Origin: Ascidiella aspersa
Taxonomy: Eukaryota
DNA length: 64,000 nucleotides
Assembly (NCBI GenBank): GCA_963924565.1
Contig: OZ004611.1
Location: 21,700,001-21,764,000, forward strand
Reading direction: 5' to 3'
Under the pieces are notes generated by a model, which did no database searches, was not told the origin of the DNA, and saw nothing but the letters and a program-made list of their open reading frames with translations. Position 1 is the first letter of the stretch. Each line of letters begins with the position of its first letter. This document shows, piece after piece, positions 1 through 13,843 of the stretch. The translations under genes and the position numbers were made by a program.

Positions 1-310
1 GGGTATTTGATCGTTTGTTTTGTGTTTGCTTGCAACGCTTTGTTCGCCATCCTATCAGAATAATTCCTTACTTAAAAGTGAAATGTTTAGCTTGTTACAC
101 TCACTTTAGTCCTCAATTGTTCAATTTAGGCCTGTACATAGGTTCGTCATTGTATTTGGATTAAATTGTATTAAATACCTATTTAGTTAAATAAACCGCA
201 TAGTAATCTATTTTTACTGTTACAAACGTTAAGTCATTGCAATGAGGGATAAATTGCACAAACACTTTTGCCCAAAAGTCAGTAAATATGTAAACAAACG
301 CTTTTTTTAG

Positions 311-3300
311 ACTCCACACAACTACTTCGACCACCTGGACCATATGAACCAGCGCCAGGATAAGTTTCGCAGACCGGAGCTGTGCCGTGCCTCGTACGAG
401 TTTGTTGCCACCAAAGACTATTGCCGAGTAAGTAAACCACTTTCCTACAAAACATGCAAAGTTGTTAAATTTGGTTTTACTTAAAAAAAATAAGAGCGTT
501 AGTTTATTTTGGGGGGGGAATGAAGTCTTGTTTTTGAGAACACACAATAAGACCTAGAAAGCGACAACATTCAAATCAGAATAAATAATCTAATACCAAA
601 GTATTTGTATATATAGTATAATGACCAACCACATAATAAAGCCAAATTCGCAGTAATATATCCACAACAGAATAATATCTAAATCATCTCAATAAGACCT
701 AAAACTTGCGTAATAGGTTCTTAATTTAAGGTTAAATAACTTGGTCTTAAAAATTAGCACAAACGTGATCTCTTAAAAGAAGATTTTACGCGCGGGCAAC
801 GTAAAATGTAGCAGCACTTGGTTGAACTCCGAAACGTCTTTATAAATAGGCATATATTAATGGAACCCAAAATCATTGGTAGCAGGTTTCTGCTTTGTCG
901 ATCATGTTTAGTGACGTGTATATAAACAATAAAACACTGCTTTCATGTGTTTTGGACTTTTTTAATAATTTTAATATTACTTTGCTATGTATCATAGGTA
1001 TTTTACTTAAATACAGCAACTGGAGATGCCAGTAATAGTATAGGCGAAGTTTTTCTTTAAAAAAAGTCTGGTCCTGGTTTCACTCGGTGTTTTTAAACTT
1101 TGAGTTTTATTGTGTATTAATTTTAAATTATAAGGTAGCTTGGTCTTAAAAATGCTTAACATTAACGTAATTCATTTCTTAAAAGCAGTCTCTACGCAAC
1201 TCCTTAACGTCTTTATTTCGATAGAACGACAAACCACCTTTGCCGCCTGCCTTCATATTCGCGATCGACGTGTCGTACAACGCTGTCAAGTCCGGCTACG
1301 TTGACTTGCTCTGCTCCCAGCTTAATTCGTTGCTCGACAATCTGCCCTGCGATATGAACCAGGAACAGTCCACCGTCAAAGTGGGCATCTTCACCTACAG
1401 CAAAGAGCTGCACTTCTACAACCTGAACGTAAGTTTTCCAGTCGATTTGCACATCCTTAAGATTTCTAGCCAAACGATTTTAAGATTGCCTGCGCTCATA
1501 AAGATGCAATTTGACCAGTTGACTCGTGGTGTTTGCCCACACTTTTTGCTCTTTTTTACACACAAAACATAGAGATCAAATTTTACTCAACACTCTGCAT
1601 GTTTAATTGTTTATGCTTTACATATTTACATGAACTTTTCGGAAAATTTTGGACAAAAGCAATTTGTTTGCAGTTTTTTATCAAAAAAGTTGTATTAGTT
1701 TGCTCAGTTTTACTTATATGCGGTTCTCATTTTCTTCTTTTGTTCAATACCATGTTTTCAAGTACAATGCATAAAAGCATATTACTGTACAAATGAAAAT
1801 TTAATGTGACAGACACCTTGCCACCTCATGGTGGAATAAGCCACGTTGATATATTTTTAACATTTAACTGGATGCCAATTAATTTGATGGCGGCGCTGAT
1901 ATAACTAGCGCTTGCGAATTGTTTGAATAATTTACGAACGCCGTAAAATGATGTATAGCGAACCCAGAGCAGTACAATTGATCCCAGATGTGAACTTTGT
2001 ACGTACTGCAGTCCCTACACGTTTCTAGCACTGTGCCAAGTCAGTTATCTGTTTGTCTGGCCTACTTCGCCGTTTGTTGTTGACCTAGCAGCCAGTAATA
2101 TAGCACCTAGGCATAACCTGATTTTGTTGTTTTAAAAGTGAACCTTACTGTGTCTTCATGAGCAAAGCGAACTTGCCGTACAATAAAAACAACAAAATCA
2201 CAATGTAATCCTCACAAAACGCCGTTTTTCTAAGGCAAATTGCGTGTATACTTATAAATAGCAACTTGAGTGTTTAATCAAATTGATTGAATGCATATCA
2301 TTAGATCGGGTCTGATCTGTTTAGTTATTTGTAAGTTGTAGAGTTTTTAAAATCTAAAATTCTGTTATACGCATATACAAATCTGTATTGTAATTCAGCC
2401 TTTATATTTGCGTAAAAATACGCCCCTACATTAACTTTACAGCGTATAACATTTATGACAGTTGTGTAATCTCGGTAATATTTCAGAGCTCCCTGGCACA
2501 GCCACAAATGATGGTGGTATCAGATGTCAGCGACGTCTTCGTACCTCTGCAAGACGGCTTCCTCGTCAACCTGCAAGAATCAAGGTATTTTCGACTTGCG
2601 GTTGGCACCTAAATATGCTAGCTTCCTAATCCCGAAGTAACCTAAATTTGCTTTTGCCCTAGATAAAGAACTTTAACTCTATACCTGGTAAATTTCCATG
2701 AAGAGTGTGTAAGTTGCTAAATGTTTACTGACTCCCGTATTCCATAGCCTTGTATCTTACAGTATAAAAAATATTTAACGTCATTCGGTTTTAAAATATC
2801 ACACATACCTTATTGCACTATAAATGTTAACCATCTGAAGCCGCCTCGACTTTGTAAATATGTAAACAGTTCAAAGTAAAAGAACCCTATATCTTACTAT
2901 TTTTAGTACTTTATTCCAAAGCATTGTTTAAATTTAAACTTCACTTACCAATTTTAGTAAAACCCTTAAAGATTATTCTTACGATCTTAAATTCTAGTTT
3001 CTTTCAAATTGTTATTTTTTTGCCAGGCATGTCATCAACAGTCTTCTGGAGCAGATCCCGGAAATGTTCAGGGATACTCGAGAAACCGAACTTGTGTTTG
3101 CTCCGGTCATACAAGCCGCGGTGCAAGCGCTAAAGGTGAGTGAGCGTATTACGCGTTAAACTCTTTCCAATGCGCTATTCGCGAGTCGCGACAACATTTT
3201 TATTCGTAAAAGTCATTCTCACGATTCTTATTGTATACATCGCGCTACACAAAGTTACCATCATTTAAGGCAGTAGCCAAATGTGGGCCGCAGAGCTATT

Positions 3301-6300
3301 TTTAGTGGGCCGCGAGTTACTTTTTAATAGCTTAGTATTATCATGTAGTTATGGGCCGCGTGATAGCCGTACAATCATTGCACTTTTTTCTAAAACTTGG
3401 GTGTGGCATAGAATTTTTAAATCGGCTCAGCTTGGAAAGGCCCACGTGCCAAATGTGGTCCTGAAAGCATACCGAACTATATATTTTGCGCGTACATTCT
3501 TTTTTATGTGATCTTTTACATTATGGCATGGCAGCGTTTTGACCATCAGGGCGCCATGAAATATTTCACCTTAAAACCAAATATCCTGAGTCCGCCACTG
3601 TTTTCGTATTGGTTTTACGTGGGCCTTCAATAGCTCTGAAAAGAGTACTTTGGGCCGCGACAGAAAAAGTTTGCCGACCACTGATTTAAGGCAAGAAAAA
3701 TCCGATTTTTGTGTACGATAAAAGTGCTAAAAAGTAAAAATGTTTTTTCAACCTTGATCCACAGTTAATGTGCTGTTTTCAATCTCGCTGATCTAGCACA
3801 TCGGCACGATTAGTAGTCCAGAGCACTCTGGCTCTAAACTTAGTGTTTTAAACGCAACTAGACGTCAATGATTCCGTTAACCCCATCTTCCGTTTATCGC
3901 ACAGTCGGCCGACTGCGCCGGAAAGCTCTTCATGTTTCACACGAGTCTGCCGATCGGCGAGGCCCCGGGCAAGCTGAAGAACAGGGACGACCGCAAGCTG
4001 ATCGGCACCGACAAGGAAAAGACCCTCTTCTGCCCGGCCAGCAACTTCTACGAGAAGCTGGGCAAGGAATGCGTGGCGCAGTCGTGCTGCGTCGATCTCT
4101 TCCTTTTCCCAAACCAGTTTGTGGACGTGGCCACACTCGGGCAGGTGTCTCAGATCACCGGCGGACAGATATTCAAGTAAGCGTCGTTTTTCGACCGTTT
4201 TTGAGTGTGTGATAATAAGGCTACACACGAAACACTGTGTTATTTTTTGCCTTAGAAATGGCTACAGAAATGTTAAAGGGCAACTCGTTCGTAACTTGAC
4301 GAATATTTTTGTAAAAGTGAAGAGTTTTTATAAATACTTTGCTTAATACTGTAGCATTACCTGGTCGAGTACAGCGGATAACTCACCTGATAAAAAGTTA
4401 AGAAAAAAAGTACAGAATTTAAGAAAAAGAGTACAGAAATGTTGCATGGTGACTCGTTCGTAACTGTTTTTGGCGAGTATTTTAGTAAAGGTAATAAGTT
4501 TGAATAAATACTTTGCATATTAGCACCCGTGGCATTACCCGTTCGAGTACAGGGAAAAACTTACATGATAAAAGGGGTGAAGCCTGTCCTACTAAACTTT
4601 AGTTATCTTGAATCCTGAACTTTTATTTTTAACGTTTTTTGTTATTAATATAACTTTTCGGTAATTTTAGGAATAATCGTCGTTTGTATATTTGGCGTTA
4701 CCACTATTTTTTCAACAGCAATACCACCTTCAAATAATTTTTGTTTAATGCTATGGACATAACAAAAGTAAAAAGAAATAATGATTGCGATTAAATATCG
4801 ATACAAAGTGATGCAAACACTGCAGTACATCCGTGCGATGTTTTGGTGCAAAAACTCCTAACTTACATTTAGTCATAGTTCAGAAAACTGCCGCAGCGAA
4901 GGTCTAAACTAGTGCTATTTAACCGGATTGTACAATCGGTATTGTGAAGTAGACACTAGTTCTTCATAACGGTTAATAGTTCTTTTTGTAGTACAACTGG
5001 GTGTATGTTTCTATAAGTTCAATGCATTGCGTGGACTGGGGTGTACAATTTCTTCAATAAACGTAAAAGTGTCCAAAAAAGGTTGACAAGCACTGGTCAA
5101 AAGAGCAGCTTGAACATCTGCCTTTTTGCTTGCTTCAGCAGTGCGCTTCGGTTTTATAACCCTCGCCGCTTTCCTTTTTCAGATACAGCTTTTTCCGGCC
5201 AGACGTGGACGGCGAACGCTTCATCAAGGACCTGGCTCACGACATTGAGCGCGACATAGTGTTCGACGCTATTATGCGCGTCCGAACCAGCACCGGTAGG
5301 TCGCCGCCTTTTGAATTTAAACAAGTTATGCCTTTGTGATGTAACAACGGGTAGATGCGGTTCGCTTTCTAAAGTGTTTTCCATTATGCGGCGAACTTCT
5401 ATTTGGCTTGTCGTCTGTTTGAACGTAAACAAATCTCGTTGATTTGTCTGTGATGTCATAGGTGCCGTCCAATGCTCGTGACGTGTGCCATACGCTTTAG
5501 ATGAATTTTCCAATCAACCGCTGCCGTGGTTAGATCACGTCATTGTTAATTTATTACACTTTAGAATTTAATTTGTTTTTTCGTATAACAAAGCGGGAAT
5601 GCTTAAGCAGGCCGAAATTCAGTTTGTTGAACTTTCGCCACTTAATTATTGTAGGCTTCGTTTGTATTAAGGCATATTTGTTTTTCCCAATTGTCAATGA
5701 CGCTTTAGGCACATATTTAACCAAATCATAATAGAAACATTACACATGCATTTCTTTGGTTAAACGTGAAACTGTTTTGTAAAACAAAATACTTTTTACT
5801 AGGCGTGAAAATTTTACTTATAAAACGTTGGTTATTGTGGACCGCATAGCTGTATACATGTGTTCACTGTTGATCCATGCGTGTAAACCTGCCGATTGGT
5901 CGTTTCAAATTTTTAACATAACAACATGGACATATGCGACATGCAAAACAATACTTTTTTTGCAAAACCCTTCGAGAAGTCGCCGTAGAGTTCAGAAATA
6001 ATTAATAGTTCAGATTTTTTTTATATTTAGTCAACTTGTTTACTTGTGAGCGTGAAAATTTCACATAAAAGTACGTTAGTTGGTGTTGAGCGCATAACTA
6101 TATTGCGTGTAAAACACGCTGAAGAAATATGACAAGATAAATTCACGCCTACGCGACATGAAAAACAAACTCTTTTTTCAAAACTTTACATTAATTCGCC
6201 CCGGGGAGTTCACAAATTGATCAATAGTTTAAATTAGCGTTTATTTAGTATTTAATCAACTTTTTTACTTGTGGGCGTAAAAATTTCCGACAATAACATT

Positions 6301-9300
6301 AGTTAGTGTTAAGCATATAACTGTATTACATTTGTCCATGCGTGTAAATAAATATACTGATTTGCGTTCAATAATTTTAATATAACAAGATGAACTCACG
6401 CGACATGCAAAACAAACTCTCTTTTTTACAACAAAAAACCTTCAGGAATTCGCCCGGTTGAGTTCACGGGCTCGCTGTACATGGGAAACACGACCGATGT
6501 CGAGTTGGCAGCGATCGACTGCGACAAGGCGATCAACATTGAGCTGAAGCACGACGACAAGATTAACGAAGAGTACGGATCGTTCGTCCAGGTGCCCTTT
6601 TTTCGATTGCTCGACACACATTATTTTTATCTGGAAGTCCCGATTCACATTTATGTCGTAAAAAGAGTGATTTATTTCATTGTTTGTTGAATGTGCTGAA
6701 TTGGAACGAATCCACAGCCACGGCCTAACTGAAATCTCAGATTAAGGTAATAAAAAAACACTAATTTTACCTATATTACACCTTTGTCAGACTTTTGAGG
6801 GTTTAGTGGTTCATGTATATCAGTTGGACATTTAATATTTTCAAAAAGTTCTATAGAGCAGAATTGGTAAACTAAACTTTTATTTTAGGCCTATTAGTAG
6901 TCAAAACAATAATTGGCCGAATAATGTAGGACAAAAGTTTTGCCACTCCTGTGTTCTCTCTGCCAAATCAGCAGCGTTGGACATTATTGCTATTATGAAA
7001 AAGTTATCATATTGGGCTTCAATCGTGTCTAAATCGTGTCAGATATGTTATTTTAACTAAAAATACATTCAGTATACACCGAGCATATTTTATCGGCGTT
7101 TACACATTAGTACCTCAAGAATATTTTCTTTACCTAAAAAAATTAAATACAATATTTTTCTACCGTCAGGTGGCGCTGTTATACACCTCTGTGGCCGGAG
7201 TTCGTCGTTTGCGTTTGCACAATCTTAGCCTGAGTGTGTGCACTCAACTTAGCGACCTTTACCGAAGCTGCGAGTCAGATGTGCTGATGAACACGCTCCT
7301 GAAGCGGGCAGTCAAGTAAGTTGACCTCTGACTGACTACAGTTAGGTGTTTTTTACTTCGTTAGTAAATGCGATTTTTAGAAAACGAACTTTTTGATATT
7401 ACAGTTCATTTTTTAAGGGGGTTGTAAATGATTGAGATTATATCGACATGAAATCTTCCATTTTTTGAATCAGACAAAACAACCGTGTTAGACAGTAGAA
7501 ACTTGAAATGCCAAACACGATATGTCCAATTTAAAAAGATGAACCCGAAAATCAGTTTGTGAAGATAAATACAATTCGCTCCAATGGAATCCTTTACATT
7601 ATTTTTATCTACTAAATTTATAGTATGAGTTAGGCCCTTGATTTATTCTTTTGTTTACTCGCGTTGCAATAATTTCGCGCTAAAATTTAAGAAATATATA
7701 TACAACAATGGACGGGTTGTGTTTAATAAGGAAACCTATTTTGTTTTCCACACCTTACACTAACGCGAGTGTTTTTCCTGACAGCTTTACTTCAAAAAAT
7801 ATTTATTGAGTTTAGTAATGCGACAGTTTTTCCTCCTTGTATTTGCCTAGATACTTCCGTTTTCGTTCAATTTTGTTGACGATATAATAGCAATTGTAAC
7901 CCGATTGAACAGTGTCGTTTACTTTCCCAGATCTGGACTCAGCACGCCCGCGTCGAAAATCCGCGAAGAGCTCATTTCCCAGGCCACCGTCGTCCTGGCA
8001 ACGTACCGCAAGCACTGCGCAGCCCCGTCGTCGCCAGGGCAACTGATCCTGCCCGAGTGCATGAAGCTGGTGCCAGTTTACCTAAACTGCCTACTTAAGG
8101 TGGGATGCTTGTCTGTTTAGTTTAGGTTGAAAGTTGAAAAGTTCCAAAGAAATCTCGCCTTGTTTTACCTTCTTTTTGATAGAAAAAATAATCTGCATGA
8201 AGCTTCCCGCTCGGTGGAGAATTTCGTCAAGTTTTTACTTGTGGCTCGTTGATTTTGCACTCTCCCGATTTTTTCGCTTTCAAAACACTACATTTGCCGT
8301 ATTGACGCTGCCAAATAATGTGGCTTTCTGAAAATTAAGTGTCCAGTTCCCCTCTTTGTTAGTGTTTTACTTTATTGGCAAAATACCCTCATTCTGGCAT
8401 TGCTCGCGTTCTATCGTTATTCACTTAGCTTATATTAAAACCTAATGTTCAACAATGTCCATTAAAACTATGTGTTATTTTGCAGAACGATGCCGTCAAC
8501 TCGTCGCACGACATTACTACGGACGACCGCGCCTTCCTGCGTCAAGTCATCTTATCAATGGACGTTGCCGAGTCACAAGCCTTCCTATACCCACGTATGC
8601 TGCCCGTGGTAAGTTGGTTGACTATTTATGATCTCTCTGTCAAATTCTCAGTTTACTAATGATCAATTTACTTCAAAAACGATAAGACATTCTTTGCTTG
8701 TTTAATCTAACATTGTACGTTTATTTTCCAAACATTTGAAAAAATATGTTGACATTCAAAAGGATTTTTTCACGCATACCATTTTCTTTCGTCAGTTGGT
8801 TACCATACCCTAACCTGTGGGAAAAGACTAAATACTTAAATTTGAGTAATGATTTTACCCAGCTAGTTGTTGACTAATACTATATAAAAATCATTTAACG
8901 GATTGATTTTCCTGAAGTTTAGTAGGTGTTGTTTTAGTTTTTTTATTTGTAACAATACACACTAAAAACTAAACCAGTAGTTCATTATTTGTTTACCTTT
9001 TTTTTTTTTATTATTTTTTTTTTTTGCATTCTTGAAATTATCGAGGACCTTATTTTTTTTAACTAGAACAAATTGAAAAATCACTGTTTAATAGTTACTT
9101 ATAATAATCTTCGAATAAATGAAACGGTTGTGTTTATTCGGTAGCGGATATTTTAACTTTATCACGGACAACCAGGGCCACTGCACTGCACTAAATGAAC
9201 AAATTATCAAACAAAAACATGGTCCCGTTTCGCTTTTTCAGCTTCACTCGACTCCCACCAAGGACGGACTCCCTGCCGCCATCCGGTGTTCGGAGGAGCG

Positions 9301-11782
9301 TCTCAAGGACACGGAGGTCTACATCCTGGAGAACGGCATCAGTGTTTTCCTCTGGATCGGCCAGTCCACCGACCCCACTTGGATCCAGAACGTATTCGGC
9401 GTTCAGAGCGCCGCTCAGATCGACATTGACTTGGTTAGTGTTAATATACGTTACAAAGACTGGAAACACGCGTGTTTATTGTTTATATAGTGTGTGTGTG
9501 TGTATATATAGTGTTATATAGTAAAAACGATATATATCATATAGTGTTATTTAGTAAAAACATAAGAAAAAAAGTAGTAAACAAAATACAGTAAAAAATA
9601 TAGTAAAAAAATATAGTAAAAAAATGTAGTAATAAGATAAAGTAAAAGAAATATAGTAAAAAAGTATATAATATAGTGTTATTTAGTAAAAACATAGTAA
9701 AAATGTAGTGAAAAAAATATAGCAAAAAAATATATTTTATAGTAAAAACGATAGCATATGTTTTTGCGAGTTCTTATCCTATTCACCAAAAAGTAAAAAT
9801 GTTTTTTTTTCAATTTTTGCTTTTTATTTTTCATCTTTCACGTGCTCTAAGATCTATGTAGCTTGTTTAGGTCGTTTTTCCCTTTATTTCGATAAAGGGA
9901 AAACAACTTGCGTAGACAAAAATTGAGCTCAAAGTTTTTCGTTCATTTATTTAAGCCTTTACTTTGTTGAAGTTTATCAAATGTAGTTCAACTTCTGTAG
10001 TTTTTTAACTTAAGAAATAAGAGCTCTAGCTTAGGAACTTTTTTATCCAAAATAAAGTTTAGGGCCTTGTTTAAGACTAATGCCGACAAACAATTGTGTT
10101 AATTACATACAAACATTTTGATAATAAATGGCAAAGCCAAAGAGGTCGAGTAGATCGACATCATCTTGATTATTAAGATTTCGATACGAGCTTGTATCAT
10201 ATTCAGTTAATGTGACTGAGAAGTAATTCAAGCATCACTTATAAAAGATGGGACGCAATTGTTATCAGTCTGAGTTTCGAAATTTTCATCTTGAGTAAAA
10301 AATCACATTTTTTGCAGGGCAACTTAATGGTGTTTGACAACGACGACTCTCGTCACGTAAGGGATATGGTTGCAACGCTACAGTCACAAAGGACAAGGCA
10401 AATGAAGGTGAGTTGTAGTATGAATGAAAACACAGCAAAGTGATGTTTTATTCGCGGTTTATTACGGATACTTTTGTGTATTTAAAAGCACTGACAAATA
10501 AGTTTGTCGCATTTCGATTTGATTTGCTTGACTGCGACCAAACAAACAAGTGGTTGCAAAGCAAACCGTTTGATTATTATTCTATACCTAAAATTCCATG
10601 ACTATGGACCCCTTAGGTCAGGGTTTTTAAACTGCGGTCCACGGACCCCTTGGGGTCCGTGAACTAGTTTTAAGGTGTCCACGAAGGCCTATTTGGAATA
10701 TGAGTGTATATTTAAGAACTAATCATTTTTTTAAGAAAACAGTATCATTAAAATAAAACGGTTGTGCACTGAATGTATTCAGACTCCAATTTCACTTTAA
10801 CATTTTTGGGCCGAAATCAGCAGATTTGTGAAGTCCATTTGTATTGTGACGTCAATTTATGACGTTATCTCTAAAAATGTCTTTCCGAACGTGGTCCACG
10901 CGAAGCATAAATATAAATTAACGGGTCCGCGGTAAAAAAAAGTTAAAAAAGAAAGCCTGTCTTACGTGTACCTGAACTAGTGTTAGAGGGCCCATGAAGG
11001 CCTTCCTAAAATCATCGATTTATAATTTAAAAGGTAGAGTGGTCCATTTTCTTTAATTTGGACTTTCACATTTTTTTGTCCGAAAACAGCACTTTTCTTA
11101 GTGTATTCCTTAGTAACGTCACTTTACAAAAAATATAATGCTTAAAAAACTGCTTTAAGGGGTCCGCGTTAAGTTTTTAACAACCACCGGCGTTAACCGC
11201 ACATTATAATCGCCCTTGTGAAGCCGGTGTTAAGAAGATATTTCCACGACAACCCCATCACCGCTATTTCCGTATCGTTTAGCTTATTAAGGGGCCCATG
11301 AAAGCCCTACTTAAAATCGTAGTTTGTAATTTGAAAAATTGAATGATTTTTTTAAACTAAGAGCTTGATTGAACACAACACTTTTGGTTCCTTTTAATTA
11401 GATGTATTTGGACTTTTTCATTTTTCGGTCGAAAACAGCAATTTACTCAGTATTTCATTTTATGAGACAGCTCTAAAAACGTAATGTTGACCATGGTTTA
11501 TACGCACCGAAAACATGTTTTTGAGCTCCGCGTTAAAAAAAGTTTTAAGAACCCCTGAATTAACCGCACACATTCGCCCTTGCGAATCCCGTCTTAGGAA
11601 GCTATTCTTACGACAACCACTCCACCTTCCGTATCTTTTAGCTTACTATCATCCGACAACGAGACAAGCTCGAGCCCTGGTTCAAACATTTCTTGGTCGA
11701 GGACCGCGGCGCCGGCACGGCCGCCTCTTACGTCGACTTCCTTTGCCACATGCACAAGGAAATCCGGACCCTCCTCACCTGA
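311..11782 (+). CDS. SEC24C: Protein transport protein Sec24C/D-type (COPII cargo adaptor), 5'-truncated by the window edge; 13 exons, about 639 aa visible
   Basis: Exons with AG/GT ends and consistent phase: 311-427, 1225-1428, 2487-2584, 3027-3135, 3905-4176, 5183-5295, 6446-6591, 7170-7315, 7931-8099, 8486-8608, 9242-9433, 10318-10407, 11642-11782 (TGA); total 1920 nt. Motifs recognised from vertebrate SEC24C/D: [106 protein letters not shown]. Invertebrate copies are typically co-orthologous to SEC24C and SEC24D. Confidence 0.96.
3271..3683. mobile_element. hAT-type MITE in SEC24 intron
   Basis: CAGT...ACTG ends, subterminal GGGCCGC repeats, perfect 8-bp TSD ATTTAAGG (3263-3270, 3684-3691). 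A related decayed copy lies at about 19306-19793. Confidence 0.8.
4262..4575. repeat. Diverged tandem duplication, two units of about 170 bp
   Basis: TACAGAAATGTT...ACTCGTTCGTAACT...ATAAATACTTTGC...GCATTACC..TCGAGTACAG...TGATAAAA occurs at about 4263 and about 4432. Confidence 0.75.
5790..6470. repeat. Three diverged tandem units of about 225-245 bp; the last overlaps the SEC24 acceptor at 6444-6445
   Basis: Shared anchors TTTACT..GGCGT(G/A)AAATTT, GCGACATG(C/A)AAA and TCGCC...GAGTTCA recur in each unit. Confidence 0.75.
9490..9752. repeat. (TG)n plus A-rich ATAGTAAAA low-complexity minisatellite
   Basis: Directly visible repeats TATAGTGTTAT and ATAGTAAAAA. Confidence 0.8.
10135..10283 (-). 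mobile_element. Copy of the hammerhead-bearing repeat, degenerate core
   Basis: Reverse complement aligns to 40440-40590; core reads CUGAAUA and the CG after GAAA is deleted. Confidence 0.6.
10619..10959. mobile_element. Decayed hAT MITE of the 18093/31110 family, opposite orientation
   Basis: CAGGGTTTTTAAACTGCGGTCCACGGACCCC...; the interior aligns to the reverse complement of 31110-31450. Further partial copies at about 10985-11555 and about 14659-14760. Confidence 0.65.
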
Positions 11783-13693
11783 GTGTGACGTCACCGCTCG
11801 CCGGGAAGGGAAAGCCCCCAAATGGATCGGATTGCGAAACGACCCGCTGCTATCACCAACCAATAGCGCCTTCTCGCAAGGCTTTTTCGAAAACCAATAA
11901 GTCATTATTTAGCCGCATATTTAAGTTTTTATTCCCCACCTATCTTAATACAACAATTTGAGTCCATAAAACAAAAAACAAAAAAACTGGGGTGTTCTGT
12001 TTACATCTGATTCTTTTTAAGTGGTTATTTGCCAATAGTCTGAAAATACCAATATTGAAGGATTTTTTTTGTAATTTACGCGAAGAGTGGTTGGACATTT
12101 TTCAGCGCGATTCTCGCATAAAACAAGTAAAACATCCTGACAAAGAAATTTTCGCTCGCGATGATGCACTATTTCCAGCTGTTCTTCATCAAACCAAAGC
12201 GAGCGCTCCCTAACGCCCACCAGCGGTCGTAGAAATATTGAATTATCGTTTTTTTCATCATTGACCTTTTGAAGCTTTTTTCGCTCGCCGCTGTTGTTGT
12301 TGTTTTTCCTTAGGCGAATTTCGGCTCTGCAAAGGGGCGGACTTTAAAACTTGATGCCCGCTTTTTGTTTGTGTGCGTGTTTTTGTGAGTGTTGTTTACG
12401 CTTGTGATCGGAATTAGATTAAGCGTTTTTTTGTGGTGGAACTGTGCCATCAAATGACCTGCTACCGTCGATTTTTTGCGGTTAGGATCAATTTTCAGCT
12501 GACGTTTCAAGTGCCATGATTTTTTTGTTGTGCGCAGGATCGTATTTTTTGCGGGACAACTTTACCAAGGCGATTCTTTTTGCCTGCTTTTCTAAACAAT
12601 TTAGGTGGTCACTTTCCAACTCTTAAATCCTTGTGAAACAGGATTAGAAAACGAGGTTAACAATAAAGTTAGTTTAATTTCTTTAAGTCGCTATGCTTTT
12701 GTACGGGTTTTAAAACATCCGCGTTCGCCTTGTATGTTTTGTTAAAGCTAGCGCTGTTTGTACATAATACGCACCAAAGAGAATTGTTATTCTTCTAACG
12801 TTTGCATGTCTCTTGCTGGCGAAATTCCGCCCTTTGTCAGCAACACTTTTTCTTCGCTTTTTCACTATAGGCTGCTTACCTCTTTGGCTAACCGAAGCAA
12901 AGTACCTATTTGTACAGATCATAAATACGCCATCTCGTCGTTTCGATTTAGTTTGTAAAAGCGGCGCACAATTTCCGAATTAAAATAACACGAAATACCA
13001 AGTTTACAAAATTCTTTAATTTTTTTTCTTTGGTAATATATGGTACATTCCATAAAACAGAGCCGCGTATCTCCGTTTTCTCACTGGTGCCTTGTCTTGT
13101 CGCTTTTTCGGATACTTTTTATGTAAGGTGAATCCCGGTATTTTTGATAGGGTGACGGGTAATTTTCGGGCGACACCGCAACTTTAGTCAAGTTGTCGAG
13201 TGATAGAGCTTAGATCGATCGTCAATACTATATTTGTCCACGCATCAGTAGTAAGTTATTATTCGCAATACCCGTCGTTGTTTTTTGGTGAGTTGCCCGT
13301 TTTGTTTCAATTAAACGTAGCGCTCGCCCCCGTGAACTATACTAATGCCGCTTTCCCGTAATTTTATCCCCTTTTTCTCCTCTTCGCCCAAACCTTTCTG
13401 CTCTATCTCTTATCACACCGCATCTGCTATTTCTCGCTGTTCTCTCTTAAGTGTGTACAGAGGTCGTTCGTTACGGGGAAACTGTTTCGACGCGTCGCAA
13501 AACACCGTTAAATAAAAGAAGTAATGGAAAAAGAATTCGCACATCAAAATTATTTAACGGTTTTTTATCAAAATTGTCATTGGACGCAATTTTTGTTACC
13601 CTATAAATTTCAACGGGTATAAAAAACTGTTTCAATAGTTTTATCATCAGGTATTGACACAGGACGCAGTAAACCATTTTACTAGGGTTAGGG

Positions 13694-13843
13694 CAGTAGT
13701 TCCCAACATTTTTCCTGTTTTAAGTTAATTATGTTATTCCAGGTCCATTGAAAGTGACATTTCAATAAAAAAACTCCCAAAAAATTATTTGAGACGAAAA
13801 TCTATGGAGGAACCGTAAGCCATAAAAGGTTGAGGAGTCACTG
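13694..13843. mobile_element. Short hAT MITE
   Basis: CAGTAGTTCCCAAC...GTTGAGGAGTCACTG; TSD GGTTAGGG/GGTTAGGA (7/8). Confidence 0.65.

Noticed and set aside
805-845. CGAAACGTC half of a hammerhead
   Set aside because: No upstream CUGANGA; too degenerate to support.
7284-7290. CTGATGA (hammerhead core or snoRNA box-like)
   Set aside because: Lies in a SEC24 coding exon with no stem II or GAAA following.
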